Origin: Lama glama | Taxonomy: Eukaryota | DNA: 64,000 nucleotides | Direction of reading: 5' to 3' | Assembly: GCA_028534125.1 (NCBI GenBank) | Contig: CM052824.1 | Coordinates: forward strand, 32,550,001 to 32,614,000 | In this document: in pieces, positions 1 through 40,824 of the stretch | Layout: each line of letters starts with the position of its first letter | How positions within the stretch are numbered: the first letter of the stretch is position 1 | Notes under the pieces: model-generated | What the model saw: only the letters and a program-made list of their open reading frames with translations | The model's database searches: none | What the model was told of the DNA's origin: nothing | Program-made: the position numbers and the translations under genes

Positions 1-439
1 AAGCAAGAACCCTCCGGGAAGGCTGGATAGGTGGCCCACAGGTGGCCACAAGTGGCCACAGGTAGCCGACCTTGGATCTAGGCAGAACTGAGGTCCCTCC
101 CCTACTCCTACAGCCTATCCATACTCTCCATCACAGCGAATGGAGATTATGCTTCCTCCACTATCTTTCCTGGAAACTGTGAGGTCTATATCTACCTAGT
201 GAGGACTCCAGGACTTGACTCTTAAAATTGATTGACCTGACAGTCCTGTTTGGAGGAGAGGCAAGACTGAGCAATGAGACTGTAAAGGTAAGCCAGGGTC
301 CTAAGACTACCCCCTTAGCATCGCCCTTCGGTGGCTCACAGACAACTCAAACGCAGCTCACTCAGTCCAGCTGATCTTCTCCCCATTCCAAACTTGCAGC
401 CTCTCCAGCATTCCTGTCTCACATTGGCACTGGCTTCTT

Positions 440-1190
440 CCTATTACACCTCCAGAAACCAGAGACCCCGCCTTACCCCTCAGCCCCCAAGTCCAATTCA
501 TCACCAAGTCCTGCCAAAGTTGCTTTCTATATTTTTCTCAAATTTGTGCATCTCTGTCCACCCCATCACCACCTTCCTGATCCAAGTCCCCTCATCTCTG
601 GCCTGGCCTATTCCTAACTGATATCCTCTCTTCCACCACCAGCTCCCTCCAGTCCTTTCTCCGCACTAATCTAGGGTGATGTTTTCAAAGTGCACGCTCC
701 ATCAACTACTCCTCCTCACAACTACAACTCTGCTTTAAAGACTTCAGTAGCTGCCATTGCCCTCAGGATAAAAACCAAAACTGAGGCCCTGAAGACCCTG
801 ACGCTGCTTATCTGTCCACCTTCATCTTTGGCTGCTTTCTCCCTGGCTACGTGAGCCCCAGCCCAATGGTCTTTCCACATATTATTTCATTTGTTTGAAT
901 CTCTCTTCCTCTTCTCTTCCTCACTATTGCCTAATTAACTCCCTCTGACTCTTAAACATCACTTCCTCAGGAAAGTACTCGGTAACTCTTAGACAAGGCC
1001 GAGTTCCCTTGGTGTAAAAAGACTCTTTCACTTTCACACCCTTTATCGAAGGCTTTACTGATACACATTTGAGTCACCAGTTTCATTTGTTCCCCCAGCC
1101 TGTAAGCTGCAGCAGGGCAGAGACTGAGGCATTTTTGATGCCCAGCACAGGTCTGACCCAGAGCAAGCCTAAAATAAATATTTGGGGAAT
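440..1190 (+). mobile_element. Ancient L2 LINE fragment
   Basis: L2-like text (ctgccattgccctcaggataaaa...; catcacttcctcagg; cccagcacagg...aataaatattt). Confidence 0.6.
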
Positions 1191-1409
1191 AGATGAATTG
1201 AATTGTGGCCACCCCCAAATGCCTGCTGAACAATTTAGGCCATATCCTGTTGGCTGTGGAGAACTCCTGGAGAGAACTGGGGCTTTAGGGGTTGGGGGAA
1301 GATTAATGGATTGGAGGGAAGGAAAAAGTGGAGGACATGTAGTGGAGTCAAAAATGAAGCAGAAACTTCCAACTTCAGCAGAACATACAAAGGAAGTAGG
1401 ATTAGACCC

Positions 1410-1530
1410 ACCTTCCAGACTGAGAAAACTGAGGCTCGGAGAGGTTAAGTAAATTGCTTGAATTCACATACCTAGTGAGTGGCAGAGCCAGGTCCAGAGC
1501 CCAAACTCTTTATCACATGCTAAACTGACT
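1410..1530. mobile_element. MIR SINE
   Basis: gagaaaactgaggctcggagaggttaagtaaattgc MIR core. Confidence 0.75.
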
Positions 1531-3711
1531 CTGACCCACTGCTGGTCAATGGTGGCCCATTCTAGGTTAGGGGCAGGTCTGGTGCCTGAGAAATGTGGAT
1601 GCCCAACCCCTAGGAGAGGGCCTGGTGAACAGGTGGTACTTTTTGAATGGATGGATGGGGCCATTTAACAGAAATGACAGAGGCAGGAGAAAGAGCAGGT
1701 GCTTTACAACCAACTTGCTGTCTTGGAAGTCATAAAGCCGTCTTTTTTCCACTGATCTGTCCACAAGGACTGTATTTGCAGTGCTCAGGGATAGCACCCT
1801 GTACCCTAAGTTCCAAGACAGAATATCCTGTTTACTCACCTGACCAGAGGGCATATTCACAACCCATGAGGTGACTCTTAATAATGCCATCTGCTGTCAT
1901 TACTGTCATCATTGTCGTGATTATTTGTTGGCCGAAGAGAGAGAGCTTTGAGAACGTCAGATCTACAGTTTACAGCTCAGAGGGAGGGGTGCTGTGAGTG
2001 AGGTGGACGAGGGTATGATCTTCTAGGGGAGCGCAACCCCTCTTATCCTGGCTGCCTCTAGAAGACCAAAGCCATGAGCAGGGACCTTTTTAGGGACACC
2101 ACACTGAGAGGCAGGAAGGCCAGCCTGGGTGACTAACCAAAGGGAAATGGCCACAAGTCACGTCCCCACTTGGCCCTGCCCTGAGGAGAAGGTTGTACAG
2201 AACACTGATGGCCAGGGCAGAAGCCTCAGGTGGCCCAGGGCTGGTTGGTATAGGCAAAGAACAGCTTCTTCCTCTTTTCTAGCCTTCCGATGACTTCCTG
2301 GGCCTGTGAGTGAGACATGGCCCTTGAGGTGGACGCAAGTTGGGCAGAGTGGCACCAAACAGCCTTGGGGGTAGAGTCTGCTCCCTGGGAGGACCCAGAG
2401 AAGATCCCAGAGGCAGAGCTGGATCCTTCCTGGGACCAGGCTCTGTGGAAGTTGAATGTCCTTGTCCATCTGACCCCGTGTTTTCCTCCAGGGGAGGAAT
2501 TCTTTGAGGCTCCCCCAAGGTTGTTTCCTCTCCTGTGACCTGTCAAAAATTCCCCCCTCTTCCATCTGTGGCTGGCATTAAACCTGCATACAGCTGCATG
2601 CCACATGGCCAAGCCTCCCATCTGTCCCCAGCCCCATATTGCCTCTCAGAGGCTTCCTACAAGATCTCCAGCTGACTCAGACCCTCATTTCAAGGTTTCC
2701 TCCTTACCGGTTTATTTTCCTTCAACTCAGTTCCACCAACATTTCCTGCAAGATGAGTGCTGCCCTAGGTGCTGGGCACAGAGGAGTAAATGAAACACAT
2801 CCAGCCCTTCAGGATTGGCCAACCTGTGGTTGACAGACTTATAAACAAATATGTCTAATATGAGTTGATAGGGACACTGGTAGAAGTCTGCACAACACAG
2901 AAAGGAGGAAGAAATTTGTTCATTCTGGGCTGAGGTCAGGGGAGTGTCAGGAAAAGCTACAGAGGAGAAGTGATACTTAAGCAGGGTCCTAAAGGATTTG
3001 TAGAATTTCACCTGGCGAATAGGAGCGAAGGTGCTAGGCAGGGGCCAGCCCAAGCAGGGATGGGGAGACATGCCCACACACGCTGTGTTTGGTGTGCCCA
3101 GAGCTTCTGGTCCAAGTTAGTGACATAACAACAAACCCAGCTGCCCTGGAGCCCGAGCTGTGTGGCAGCAGGATAGGGAAGGAGCATCCTGGCTGCCCGG
3201 CTAGGGTGAGGCTGAGGAGGTTGTGCTGATCCAAGCTGACTCCCTCTCAGGGGAAAGGTTGAAGCCATTCATAGAGACGATGAAGGAATTGGACCCTGTC
3301 CCAGTTCTGTGTTCATTTTTTATCTTTTATAGAATTGGGCATCTGGAGAGTCAAAAATAGACCTTTGCCCATTGGGACAGGAAGCCTGGAGACCAAGGGA
3401 TCCAGGGGAAAGGTTGGAAGAAGAGTGAGGTGGGGGCTGGATGGAGGGTCATCCAGAAAGGAGCAAGATGGGAAATAGCCTGGTGGAGGGGGGCCAGGGC
3501 AGGAGGGAAAGAGGGCCTGCCAGCTGGTGATCCGGGCCCTGTACTGTCTGTTCTGGAGAGCCCTCAGGGCCACACGTCCTGGCCTTCCTGGGACAGGTCC
3601 TCACCTCACTCTACTCTCTCCACAGTTCTTGAGGCCCGAGCTCTGAAAGGTGCTAGAAGCTGAGCCTGTGAGTGTGGTCTGGGACCCCAGAGCCCCCAGC
3701 CCACTGCCGCC

Positions 3712-27497
<23,786 letters not shown>

Positions 27498-28535
27498 GCA
27501 CAGCTGCCGGGGGAGTGCCCTACCCCTGCCCTGTGCTCCCACCACAGAGACTGGGGAGGCAGTGGACAAGTATCACTGCCTGCCCCCACAATGCCCTGGC
27601 CAGGGTGGCTCCTGTCACCTTGGCCACCACTGCTAGCGCGGTCATTCGTGCTCATGTCCCTAGTGTTTACAGGTCCTTGGATGCCAAGATGGCAGCTGGG
27701 GGGTGTGGGCAATGGGAGGGTTGCTGGGGGGAGCCCAAAGCACTTTGAAGGGGGGGGAAAATCTCAGGCCAGGTCCCCAGAGACCTGTGGGCCTCCGATG
27801 CCCTCACATTTTGCCCTGAGCTGAGGTTCTGGGTGGGCCCCCTACCTGTCCCTTTCCTTGAGCCTTCAGCCTCCTGACCAGTGTTCCTGCCCTCAGAGCA
27901 GACCCCCGCCTCTACCCAGGCCAATTTGGATCTTCCTTCCTGGGGGCAGGGTAAGGGGCCAGGGGGCTGTGCAGTGTTACGTGTCAGTCTGTGCTGCCCA
28001 GCCATTTGTCTGTGTAATTATTTTTGTAAAAACTGTCTTATCTGTGGTTGCCACCCCTTGCCCCTGGCCTCAGGCCCCATCCGTCTTCCGGGCCTGCCTG
28101 CACCTCACTCGGCTGCTCTGGGCTTTCTGCATCTCCTGCCAGCCAGCAGAGGCCCATGACCCCACAGCCTGCCCAAAGCACTCATTCCTGGGGGGTAGGG
28201 GTGGGTGATGCTCAGCAGGAGGTTGGAGCCCGGAGCCCTGGGGAAGGGGACCCTACCTGACACCCCCTTGCCCTTCCTCCACCAGGCTAAAGGCCCAGTC
28301 TTTCCAAACTGGGCTGCCCTTGTTAATGTGCCAAATGGCCCCAGCCCATGTGCCCCACCTCCTCTCTGGAGCCAGAGCTCCTTCCCCCAAGCCCTGCAGT
28401 GTCCGTTTGTCTGTCCTCTGTGCCCCTCTGTGCTGTGACAGCCCCAGAAGAGCCACCTCTAATCCTCTGTAGCAATAACGGTGCGCCGCCCACCTTGCCC
28501 ATCCGTGCACCACTAGGATTTTAAAGTCCATAGAT

Positions 28536-28544
28536 TTTAATGAA
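28536..28544. terminator. Overlapping poly(A) signals: AATGAA (+, SLC6A9) and ATTAAA (-, CCDC24)
   Basis: TTTAATGAA; no AATAAA seen on either strand between the two stop codons. Confidence 0.65.
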
Positions 28545-28846
28545 ATTTCTATTCCTGTCTCTGAGCAGCTGCTGTGCTTTATCTGGGTTCCCCCAGGGGA
28601 ACAAGAGTCAGGGCTGAGATGAGACCTCTTCCCACCAGGCCTTTGAGGGATGCCTGGGAGGAGAAAGGCCAAAGGCTATGATGGTCAGACCTGGTGAGGG
28701 GGCGGGGTGACAGACAGCCTCGGGATCCTGCTGAGGGCTGATCCAAGACCAGATCTGAAGTGGGCTGGCTCACCGCAGCTGAGAGGTGGCAGCAGCAGAT
28801 GGGGCGAATGCCAGCAGAAGCTGAAGCCTCTTTCCTGACTGACCCT

Positions 28847-32560
<3,714 letters not shown>

Positions 32561-32665
32561 CCGTGCTAGGTGGTTTTGGAGTCCCAACCATCCCCACCGC
32601 CCTGACCCCAAGCACCTTTCGGCTTTAGGGCAGGTGAAAGAACCATGAAATCTGAGTCCACTAGG

Positions 32666-32671
32666 TTTATT
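32666..32671 (-). terminator. B4GALT2 poly(A) signal AATAAA
   Basis: TTTATT on +, about 940 nt downstream of the stop codon. Confidence 0.8.
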
Positions 32672-33093
32672 ACTTCCCAGCCTCTTCTGGCCTGGAGGCA
32701 GCGGCAGGGTAAACTTTTCCGCGGTCCAGCCCGCGGAAGTCTAGCAAAAGGCTGCGCTTGAAGAGGCCTGGGGAACTAGAACAGCCCGGGGCAGACCCAT
32801 AGGTAGGGCCAGGCGCTCTCCCACAACACACTCTGAGCCTGGGTTTAGGGATCCAGATCCCATCAACAACAGACAAAGGGGCTGCTCCATTCACGTTTTT
32901 TACTAAAGCACCCACACAAGTTTCTGTGCAATGTACAAACACGAGCCGGCCCTGGGGCTACTGCCTTCTCTCTGAGAGGGGGAGGCGGGAACCAGATTGA
33001 CTGATCCAAGCCCCACTCGCCCCCCATGCAAAGCCCAACCCCAAGATCCCAGACAGCGACACAGCACCCCCTCTGGTCCCCTCCTGGGGCTGC

Positions 33094-33112
33094 TCCTCAG
33101 CAGGGGGCGCAC
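33094..33112 (+). promoter_or_regulatory. Candidate CTCF site in the B4GALT2 3' UTR
   Basis: TCCTCAGCAGGGGGCGCAC. Confidence 0.45.
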
Positions 33113-33608
33113 TGGAGTTTGCCCCCTACAATGTTGAATGAAAAAGGTTTCCCCTCCCCTGGGAGCGTGGGGGATCCCCAGGTCTGAGAATTCCCCCTGG
33201 AAGCAACATTGCCCCTAGTCATACCTCCCACTCTTCCAGGCCCTAGGGGACTCAAGGGGGGGAAACTGAGGCACAGAGAGGTGGAGTGACCTGGCCCAGG
33301 CCACTCGGTGAGGCAGTGCAGGGGCTGGCCCAACCCTGACAGTGAGGTGGGGCTGGACTAGGGAGGGAGGAGCAGGAAGAAGGGTTGACCCCATAGAGGG
33401 CCACACTTGAGGGGCCTGCCCAGGATGGAAGCCCCCCAAAGTAGGTTCTGAAACTTCCAGGTGCAGCTGGGGGCCTCCTGAAGACCCTCAGAAAACAGAG
33501 CCCACAGTCTCAATCCTGCGGGATCCCCCACAGGGCAGCCGCCAGCCAGGCTGTAGGTCAGTCCTCTGGCAGGCAATCCTTGGCACTGGAAGCCTTTGTC
33601 CATTAGCG

Positions 33609-33759
33609 TCAGCCCCGAGGGGGCCATGATGGTGGCCGCCCAATGTCCACTGTGATATTGGTGAAGAGCGGTTGCCGAGACACCTCCAAAACCTGGTACC
33701 GCACTGACCCAATGCCGTCCCGCTTCATGGTCAGCTTCGTGTTTTGAATCTTGGTAAAC
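33609..33759 (-). CDS. B4GALT2: B4GALT2 last coding exon (FTKIQNTK...SWPPRG*)
   Basis: ctag| acceptor, TGA 33611-33609. Confidence 0.97.
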
Positions 33760-36700
33760 CTAGATAGGATGGAAGTGGATCCAGATCAGGGCTCACCATC
33801 AAACCCAATAGAGATCACTGCGGCCAAGGCTCATGCCATCCTGGCTTCTTCCAGGGGTGACTTGGTTCTCCTTGCCACCCTTTCCACCCTCCACCTGCCT
33901 GGAGCCCTTTGGGTCTTGTATCTACCCTCACAACAAAGAGCTCACCCCCTTGAGTCCAGAATCATGACACCCTCACCAATCTTTCTCTCATCTCAGATCC
34001 AGACATGGGGCACTCTACCACCACCTCAAATGCAACATGTCTTTATCAGATGCATTATCTTTACTCTCTGTGCCACCTTCTCTGTTCCTCATCCTTCAGT
34101 CACCCCGTCACCATCTATTTATGTGTCAGCCTACTCTAAGCACCAGGGACACAGCCATGAACAGGGCAGCAAAGTCTTTCCTCTCACAGCAAGACTGTTC
34201 CACTAAGAAACAGTGGTAATGGACAGGTAACACACAAGGAACACATCGGAGTGCTAAAGAAGACAGGAGAAGTGATTGCCATGGAAGGGGTAAGTATGGG
34301 ACAATCAAGCTGACAGCAGGGGAAGAGCATTCCAGGCAGAGGTAACAGTACATGCTGACCCTAAACTGGAAATGAGAATTTGCACAGCTGAGTGGCCAGA
34401 GCTTAATGGGCCAAGGAGAAAAACAGATTAAGATTAGCTTGGTGGTTAGAGCGTATATGGACAGGCCTCTGTAAATTAGAGGACGCAGTTTTTTTATTCT
34501 GTGAGTGAGAAGACACTGAAGGATTTTTAGCCCAGTTTGGGAGAAGGGAGGGACAGAGAACATGAACTACTGAAGAGGGAAGATGGGAAACCAGCCGGGC
34601 AAGATGACAGAGGCTGCACTAGGGCAGAGGAAAAGGGACACGCGGACGAGCTCATATATGTTTGGGGAGTGGCACTGATTGACCTGCTGATGGTATGGAC
34701 ATATACAGTGAGGGAAAGAAGAACCCAGGAGAACTCCTAGATTTGAGGCAAAAGCAACTAGGTAGATGAAACCAGCATCCACAGAGTTCCTTAAGCCAGA
34801 GACATCTTGCTAGCTTGCCACTTCCCCAGGCAAAGGCAGACATCACTGAGGATGGCACCTAGACGCCCTATTCCTGAAACGGGAGCATGGCTCCCGGCTT
34901 GTGCTTCCAGAGCTCCTCTCCCACCCTCATCCCAACTGTTTTGATCCTCCCAGTCCTGAGCTGAGTTCAGATCCCTCTCCAGAGCCAGACCAACACTGAG
35001 CTCTCCCCGTCAGATGCCCTCAAGCCCCTCTTTTCCCAGCCTGTCGACCCTGCCTTGCTCACCACGGTTTTCATCTGAACTGCTTTTTCATCAACTCCCT
35101 GGACACCAGATGCTTCCTGCTTCTGCCAAATATCAACCTCCCATAGTGCTACTGCCTCCCTCCGCACTCTTACGCCCTGGCTCCAGAGCAGAACATCCCT
35201 CCTGTTCCAGTGGAGGCACGGCAGCCTCATAGCCAGCATACCCCCTGGGCTCCATCGATTCCTTCGGGCTCAATCTGCTTCCTCCTGGTCCACCCAGCAG
35301 CCCTGCCAGCCCTTCACCTTCTTCAAACTCAAAGAGTGATCCTTCTTAATGTAAATCTCATGATCATGCCCCTTCCCCACTGAAAGCCCTTCCATGACTC
35401 CTCAGCACCCCTGGACAAAAGTGAAACTCCCAGTCTGGGATCAGTATGGACCCCTCTCCCATCCCTCCCAGCTTTCAGACTGTAATACCAAAGAGTTTCA
35501 GACTCTCAGCACATACAATGGACGTTTACATTCCAGACTCCCACACACACTATTCCTTTTATCCAAACTGGCCTCCCCCATCAGCCTGGTGAATATAGCA
35601 CTGTGCCCAAGGTAGGTGTATGACAAATATCTGCAGAATAAATAACTCTTTTCAAACCCCTATTGACCATCACCTCCTCCAGGAAGCCTCCCACCATCAC
35701 TCCCTTTTGTCAGGACAGCACCTTGCCCTGATCACCTTGTGCTGTAGCAGCCTGTCTTCCTCTTAGAATGAACTTCACGTGGGCTATCCAACAGAGATTG
35801 GGTATGACTGCTCTGGGCCCCCTCACCCCATCTAATGTCACGTGCCCTCCCAGGCATTCTCCCAGCCGGCACCAGACACCCAGTGTTGCTTCCTCCTCAG
35901 AAAGGAACCGCCTACTCCAATCTCAGACGGCTCAGCAATGTCTTTCCATTCCTGCCCCATACTGCCCAAGCCACCTTTGTTGGGTCCCGAGGCCCAGGAA
36001 TTGTGCCCAGTGCCCACAGTCTCTCATCCTATCTGCTCTGGCACAAGTGAGGTCTGTGGGGGCACCGAGAGGAATGCAATCTACTCAATGATGATTTAAG
36101 CCCTGCCCTTAAATTTTAGTTCTTTTTAGGAGTCAGGCCAGAGGAGAGAGTCTTCTGGGGTGAGGCTGAGCTGGGGACTGGGGAACAGGGATCAGGGCGC
36201 TGGGAGTCATCTCTAGGAGTCAAGGGTCAGGGGCCTTGGGATCACCTCGGGGGGTCAGTGGCACTAGGGCATCACCTCTATGCAGTAAGGGTGGGTTGGG
36301 GTCAGGGGCGCTGGGGGTCACCTCTGAGGGTTGGGCTCGTTATGCTTGTCCCGGTCGTGCTTGATCATGCGGTAGCGGCCTATGCGGATGTCTGGGCGCG
36401 AGATCTTCATCCCAGTCAGGGAGATCCTGGGGACGGGGACAGATGGGCTGGAGCAGGTACCAGGAAGGGCAAAGGGCCCCACCCAGTCTATGCCACCCAC
36501 TCTCGCACACCCAGTCTAGGCCCCAGCCCGTCCCTGCTCACCGGTTGAAGATGTCGTCATCCTCACCACCCCAGCCCCAGTACTCGTTGGGGAAGCCGTT
36601 GATTCTCAGGAACTGGGCTTTACTCAGGCCTGACACGCCTCCAAAGTAGCCAGCGTAGGGCAGCCTGGGGCACAGAAGTCAGGCGTCAGTGAGGGGCCTG

Positions 36701-39700
36701 AGGTGAATCCAGGAGGGATGGAGGTCCAGAGACAGGGGGTCCCGCAGCAAGGTAGGCCCTGGCTCCCAGCCAGGTGGGGTGGAGGCAGTCGGGACGGTGA
36801 GGCGGGGAGGCCTGAGTCTAGCCAAGAAGGGAGCCCTCACCGGAAGCCGAACTTGTCCATGGCAATGGCGAAGTGGCGGGGCTGATCACCACAGCGGTAC
36901 AGGTTGCGGTCATCCATGGGGACCAGGTCCACGTCACTGAAGATGAAGCAGTCGTAGGTGGCGTCCTCCTTCAGTGCCTCTAGGAAACCCACATTGAGCA
37001 GCTTGGCCCGGTTGAAGGTGTCCTCACCGTGCTGGGGTTGGTGGAGGGGACAGGTCAGCTCTGAGCCTGAGACTGGCAGGCACCTGCCACTTTACCACTG
37101 TCTAGAGCGGTCCCCGGGGCCTAGCACTATCCCATCCACCCCATCATCGCTCCTCCACACTCTTGGGATCAAGTCCAGCTCCTCATCCTGGACCTGGCCT
37201 TCCCCAGCTTTTCATGATTTGGCTCCTGTCTCCTCTCTGGCCACTGCCCTCAGACCCCAAGGCCCTGCTGTACTACATTCCTCTGCAACCCCAGGGCACA
37301 CCAGACTCTTTCTTGCCTCCAGGCCTTGGTGTCAGCAGTTCCCTCCACCTGGAATGCTCTTTCTCTGCTTGTCCAACTCATGTCTGGAAAGGCCTCCCTG
37401 ACCATACCTCCCTACCCCAGTATAATTACTCATTCTCTCCCATGGGCTTCACTTATACCAGGGTCCATTCAGACTCTTGTAACTTAGAACTCCTGTTTCA
37501 TTCATTCATTCAAACATGCCCTGAGGCCCTGTCCTTGGTGCCAGGCTTCTTCTTCATGCCAGTGAGGATCCTAGAGGTGAGCGGCCCTGAGCACCATCCC
37601 TAAGTGAGATGAAAAAAGCATGCCCCCAAGTGACCAGCGTCTAAAATCCAGAGACCATGGGGACTGAGCCACTAAACCCTGGCCACCTGTCACTCCAGCT
37701 CACGTGGATCCACATCCAATCCCCTGGGCAGCCTCTGAGACCAGGACAGGACCGGGCTTCATTCGTCTCCCCCAAAAGATGACAAGAAATGGTGATTTTG
37801 GAGTCCCCTGGAAATGGGGCTGCGGGGCCAGGTCTCCTTGAGGCTGGCCTCCAGAGCAAGGAGTTTTCCATGGAAGGAGCTTGCCCCTGAGCCCCCAGCC
37901 CCAACCCATGATCTCCAGGCTGGAACCAGAGAGGCTCCTGGTGAGGGGGGGTCTTCAAGTGGGACCTACTGGAAGGAGAGGAGGAATGGTAGCTCCTGTT
38001 CTCCACCAGCCAGCCTGGGCGCGAGGGGGTGCTGCTACCCTGGACCCTGAAGGGCTCAGCTTCACCTTCTCTCTCTCCTCCTTCCCTTGAACCTTCTCTT
38101 TCACCAGCCCTTGGAATAACTGTCCATTCTCCCCAGCTCATCAGCATTCCTTAACCTCCCTCACTACCCAGAAACCCTCCCACAGGGCCCATAAACATGC
38201 TCAAGTCTCTTCCATCCCAAGAAAACTCTCCCTCTAGCCATGGCCCTACCTTTTGCCTTCCCTTCTCCGCAGAGGGTTTTTTTTTTTTTAATAGAGTTGT
38301 CTCCAATTGGCTACTTCCATTTTGTCAAATCTGATTCCTTCTGCAACCCACTGCAATCTGCTCCCGCCCCCACCATGCCCCTGAAATGGCTCTTGCTGGG
38401 CCCACCTTGTTGCTAAATCCACTGGACGCTTCTGGGTCCACATCCTTCCTTCCTCCCCCGGCAGCGCTCACGCAGCTGCTACGCTTCCTTCTCAACACTT
38501 ATTCCTGGGCTTCTGGGACACCATGCTCCCTCAGGTCTCCTCGAACCTTTCTGGCCAACCTTCACAGACTCTACGGCAGTCTCTCCCTGCACCGCCCATC
38601 CCCACCCCGGTCCCTTGTGCTGGCTTTCTCCTCTCAGCTCCCAGGCCCCCAGGGCAGGTCGGACATTGCTGGTTTGGGGACCATCTACATACTCGTGGCT
38701 CCCAGATCCTTCTCTCCACCTTAGACCTCACTCTGAGGTTGACTCACTTGTCCGACTGCCTGCTAAACCTTCCTGTGATACTTCCCATGGGCACTTAAAT
38801 TCATCACACGGGAAAAAAAATTCAGTCTCACTCTCCCCCAGACCCGGCCTGATCCTGTGTTCCCATCCCACTCACAGGCACAGCCATCCACACACAGAAC
38901 AGTCAGGATGGAACCCCGCGAGGTGTCCCACGTCTCTTTCCCTTACTCTCCACTATTTGCATAAATCGCTCCCCTTACCCACACGACTACTGCCCAGCTC
39001 GTGTTCACCATTTCTTTCCTGAACATCGATCGCAGCCTCTTCCCAACTGGACCCCGTTCCTTGAGGCTCCCCTTCCATCCCATTCCCCACATGCAATCTG
39101 TCTAGTAAGTAAACGTACACATCATTTTCTCCTTAAAACCTTACAATGGTGCCCCATCACTTTTAGGCTGGAAACACCACTTTCAGGCTAGAATTCAGCT
39201 GTTTAAGATGCCTCCTAAGACCTTTCTGGATTTTGCCTCCACCAGCGACTCCAACCTCACCTCTGCTACCCACCTTACATATTGGACCCCATCCCTCAGC
39301 CAACAGTTCCCCAACACATAAGCACAGCTCTCTTGTTGGGCTTGGGGTCTCCAGGCCCCTCTGCTGGTAACGCTCGCCTCCCCAAGTCACTCCACCGGCT
39401 GATGCCTGTTCAACCCTCAAGACCCTTCTCAATCAATACTTCCCCACCCCAGGGCTGGCCCAGGCCCCTTGGTGGCCACACAGCCCCCTGCTCCAACGCC
39501 AGTCACACATTATCATTCTGGAGTCTCAAGGGATCCAAGTTCAAGTCTGGGAATTCTCTGTGGGGAGGAGGGCCTGTCTTAGATCCTTTCCAGGCCCCGG
39601 CAGCCAGCCCCAGCCAGGCCCGTGGCAGGGCTCAGAGGCCAAGCTGAACTCCTGGACCTCAGCTGTGCTCTGCACTTGGCCCTAAGGCAGACTCAATCCC

Positions 39701-40824
39701 TCTTTCAGGGTCTAACTCTCCCTCTACTCAGGCCCTCAACATCCCATAGCCAGCACACCCAAAGCCGCCACCACCATGGGGTGGGGCTTACCAAGGGTGG
39801 ACAATGGCTCCCATCTCCACTGAGGCTACACACACATCTGGCAGTGTGCACACCAACATTCACACAGATGTACTTCCCTGAATGCACAAGCAAACCTGCC
39901 TCCACACGCCCTGACCAACACGTACCCCCACAATTACATTCACATGTCCACATGAACACAGGCAGACAAGCGCCCACAAATGCCCCTGACCCCATGGATG
40001 CACCAACAGGCATGTGGGCCCTGCACCCACAGGGGCGCACAGGTTCCCTGGTGGCTAGGGGCCGGCCTGGGGGCCACAGGCAGCACACCTGGTTGATGAC
40101 GTAGATGCCATAGCGCAGCCGCTGTCGCCTGAGGATGGGGTGCAGGTAGTGGAGCCAGTAGCGTAGGTGGTGCTCCCGGTGTCGAAAGGGGATGATGACC
40201 GCCACGGTCTGGGCAGGTGTGCAGTCGGGCGGTGTGTAGCGGCCACCCAGGAGCACGCCAGGGTTCTCCCTCTGCACCCGCTCCAGTGGCATGGGTGAGG
40301 TGAACTCAATCAGCAGTCGGCCCACTACAGGCAGGGATTAGGACTTCATCAGAACCCAGGGACGCCAAGCCCTCTCCCTCTGCCTGGGGTGGGCAAGTGA
40401 GCCCCTGAAATAGCCCTCTTCCAACACACCTGGACCCTTGGCACTCCCCCACCCTGAGCAAGACTCCAGTCCCCCATCCTCTGCCCAACCCTGGAGGTGA
40501 GCCCCACCCTGCAGGCTCACCAAGACCAGGTGGCGAGTCAGGACAGGGTGGCAGGACAGGAGCCGTGGGGCCTGGCCGGGCGCTGGGAGCCTCAGGAAGC
40601 CCGGAGCTGGGGACAGTGGTGTTAGGCCGAGAGCAGTTGGTGCTGCTGCTGGCAACTGGGTGGAGGGCACGGGTGGGGCCGCGCACACTGAAGCGGCTGA
40701 AGAAGGCCAAGTGCTGGGCGTAGACGTCAAAGTAGAGGATGACGGCCACAAGGAAGTGCAGCAGGCAGAGAAGGAGCACGGCCTTGCAGACGCGCTCCAG
40801 CGTCCCCCCCAGCAGTCTGCTCAT
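33609..40824 (-). CDS. B4GALT2: B4GALT2 beta-1,4-galactosyltransferase 2 (gene span, 6 coding exons, 369 aa)
   Basis: MSRLLGGTLERVCK, FNRAKLLNVG, DVD motif, WGWGGEDDD; phases close, 1110 nt. Confidence 0.98.
34110..34790 (-). mobile_element. Ancient L2 fragment
   Basis: ggaagagcattccaggcagaggtaacag etc. Confidence 0.55.
36322..36426 (-). CDS. B4GALT2: B4GALT2 exon (ISLTGMK...EPNPQR)
   Basis: GT-AG, 105 nt. Confidence 0.97.
36542..36664 (-). CDS. B4GALT2: B4GALT2 exon (LPYAGYFGG...DDDIFNR)
   Basis: GT-AG, 123 nt. Confidence 0.97.
36841..37031 (-). CDS. B4GALT2: B4GALT2 exon (HGEDTFNRAK...DKFGFR)
   Basis: GT-AG, 191 nt. Confidence 0.97.
38130..39430 (+). mobile_element. Ancient L2 fragment
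   Basis: Pyrimidine-rich L2 ORF2-like text (ccactgcaatctg...ctgaaatggctcttgc...ttgctaaatcca). Confidence 0.55.
40089..40324 (-). CDS. B4GALT2: B4GALT2 exon (GRLLIEF...YVINQ)
   Basis: GT-AG, 236 nt. Confidence 0.97.
40521..40824 (-). CDS. B4GALT2: B4GALT2 first coding exon (TM anchor and stem); exon acceptor at 40876
   Basis: ATG 40824, donor TTG|gtgagc. Confidence 0.96.

Noticed and set aside
31-70. 10-bp RGTGGCCACA tandem, 3-4 copies
   Set aside because: Short slippage repeat with no spacers; not CRISPR-like
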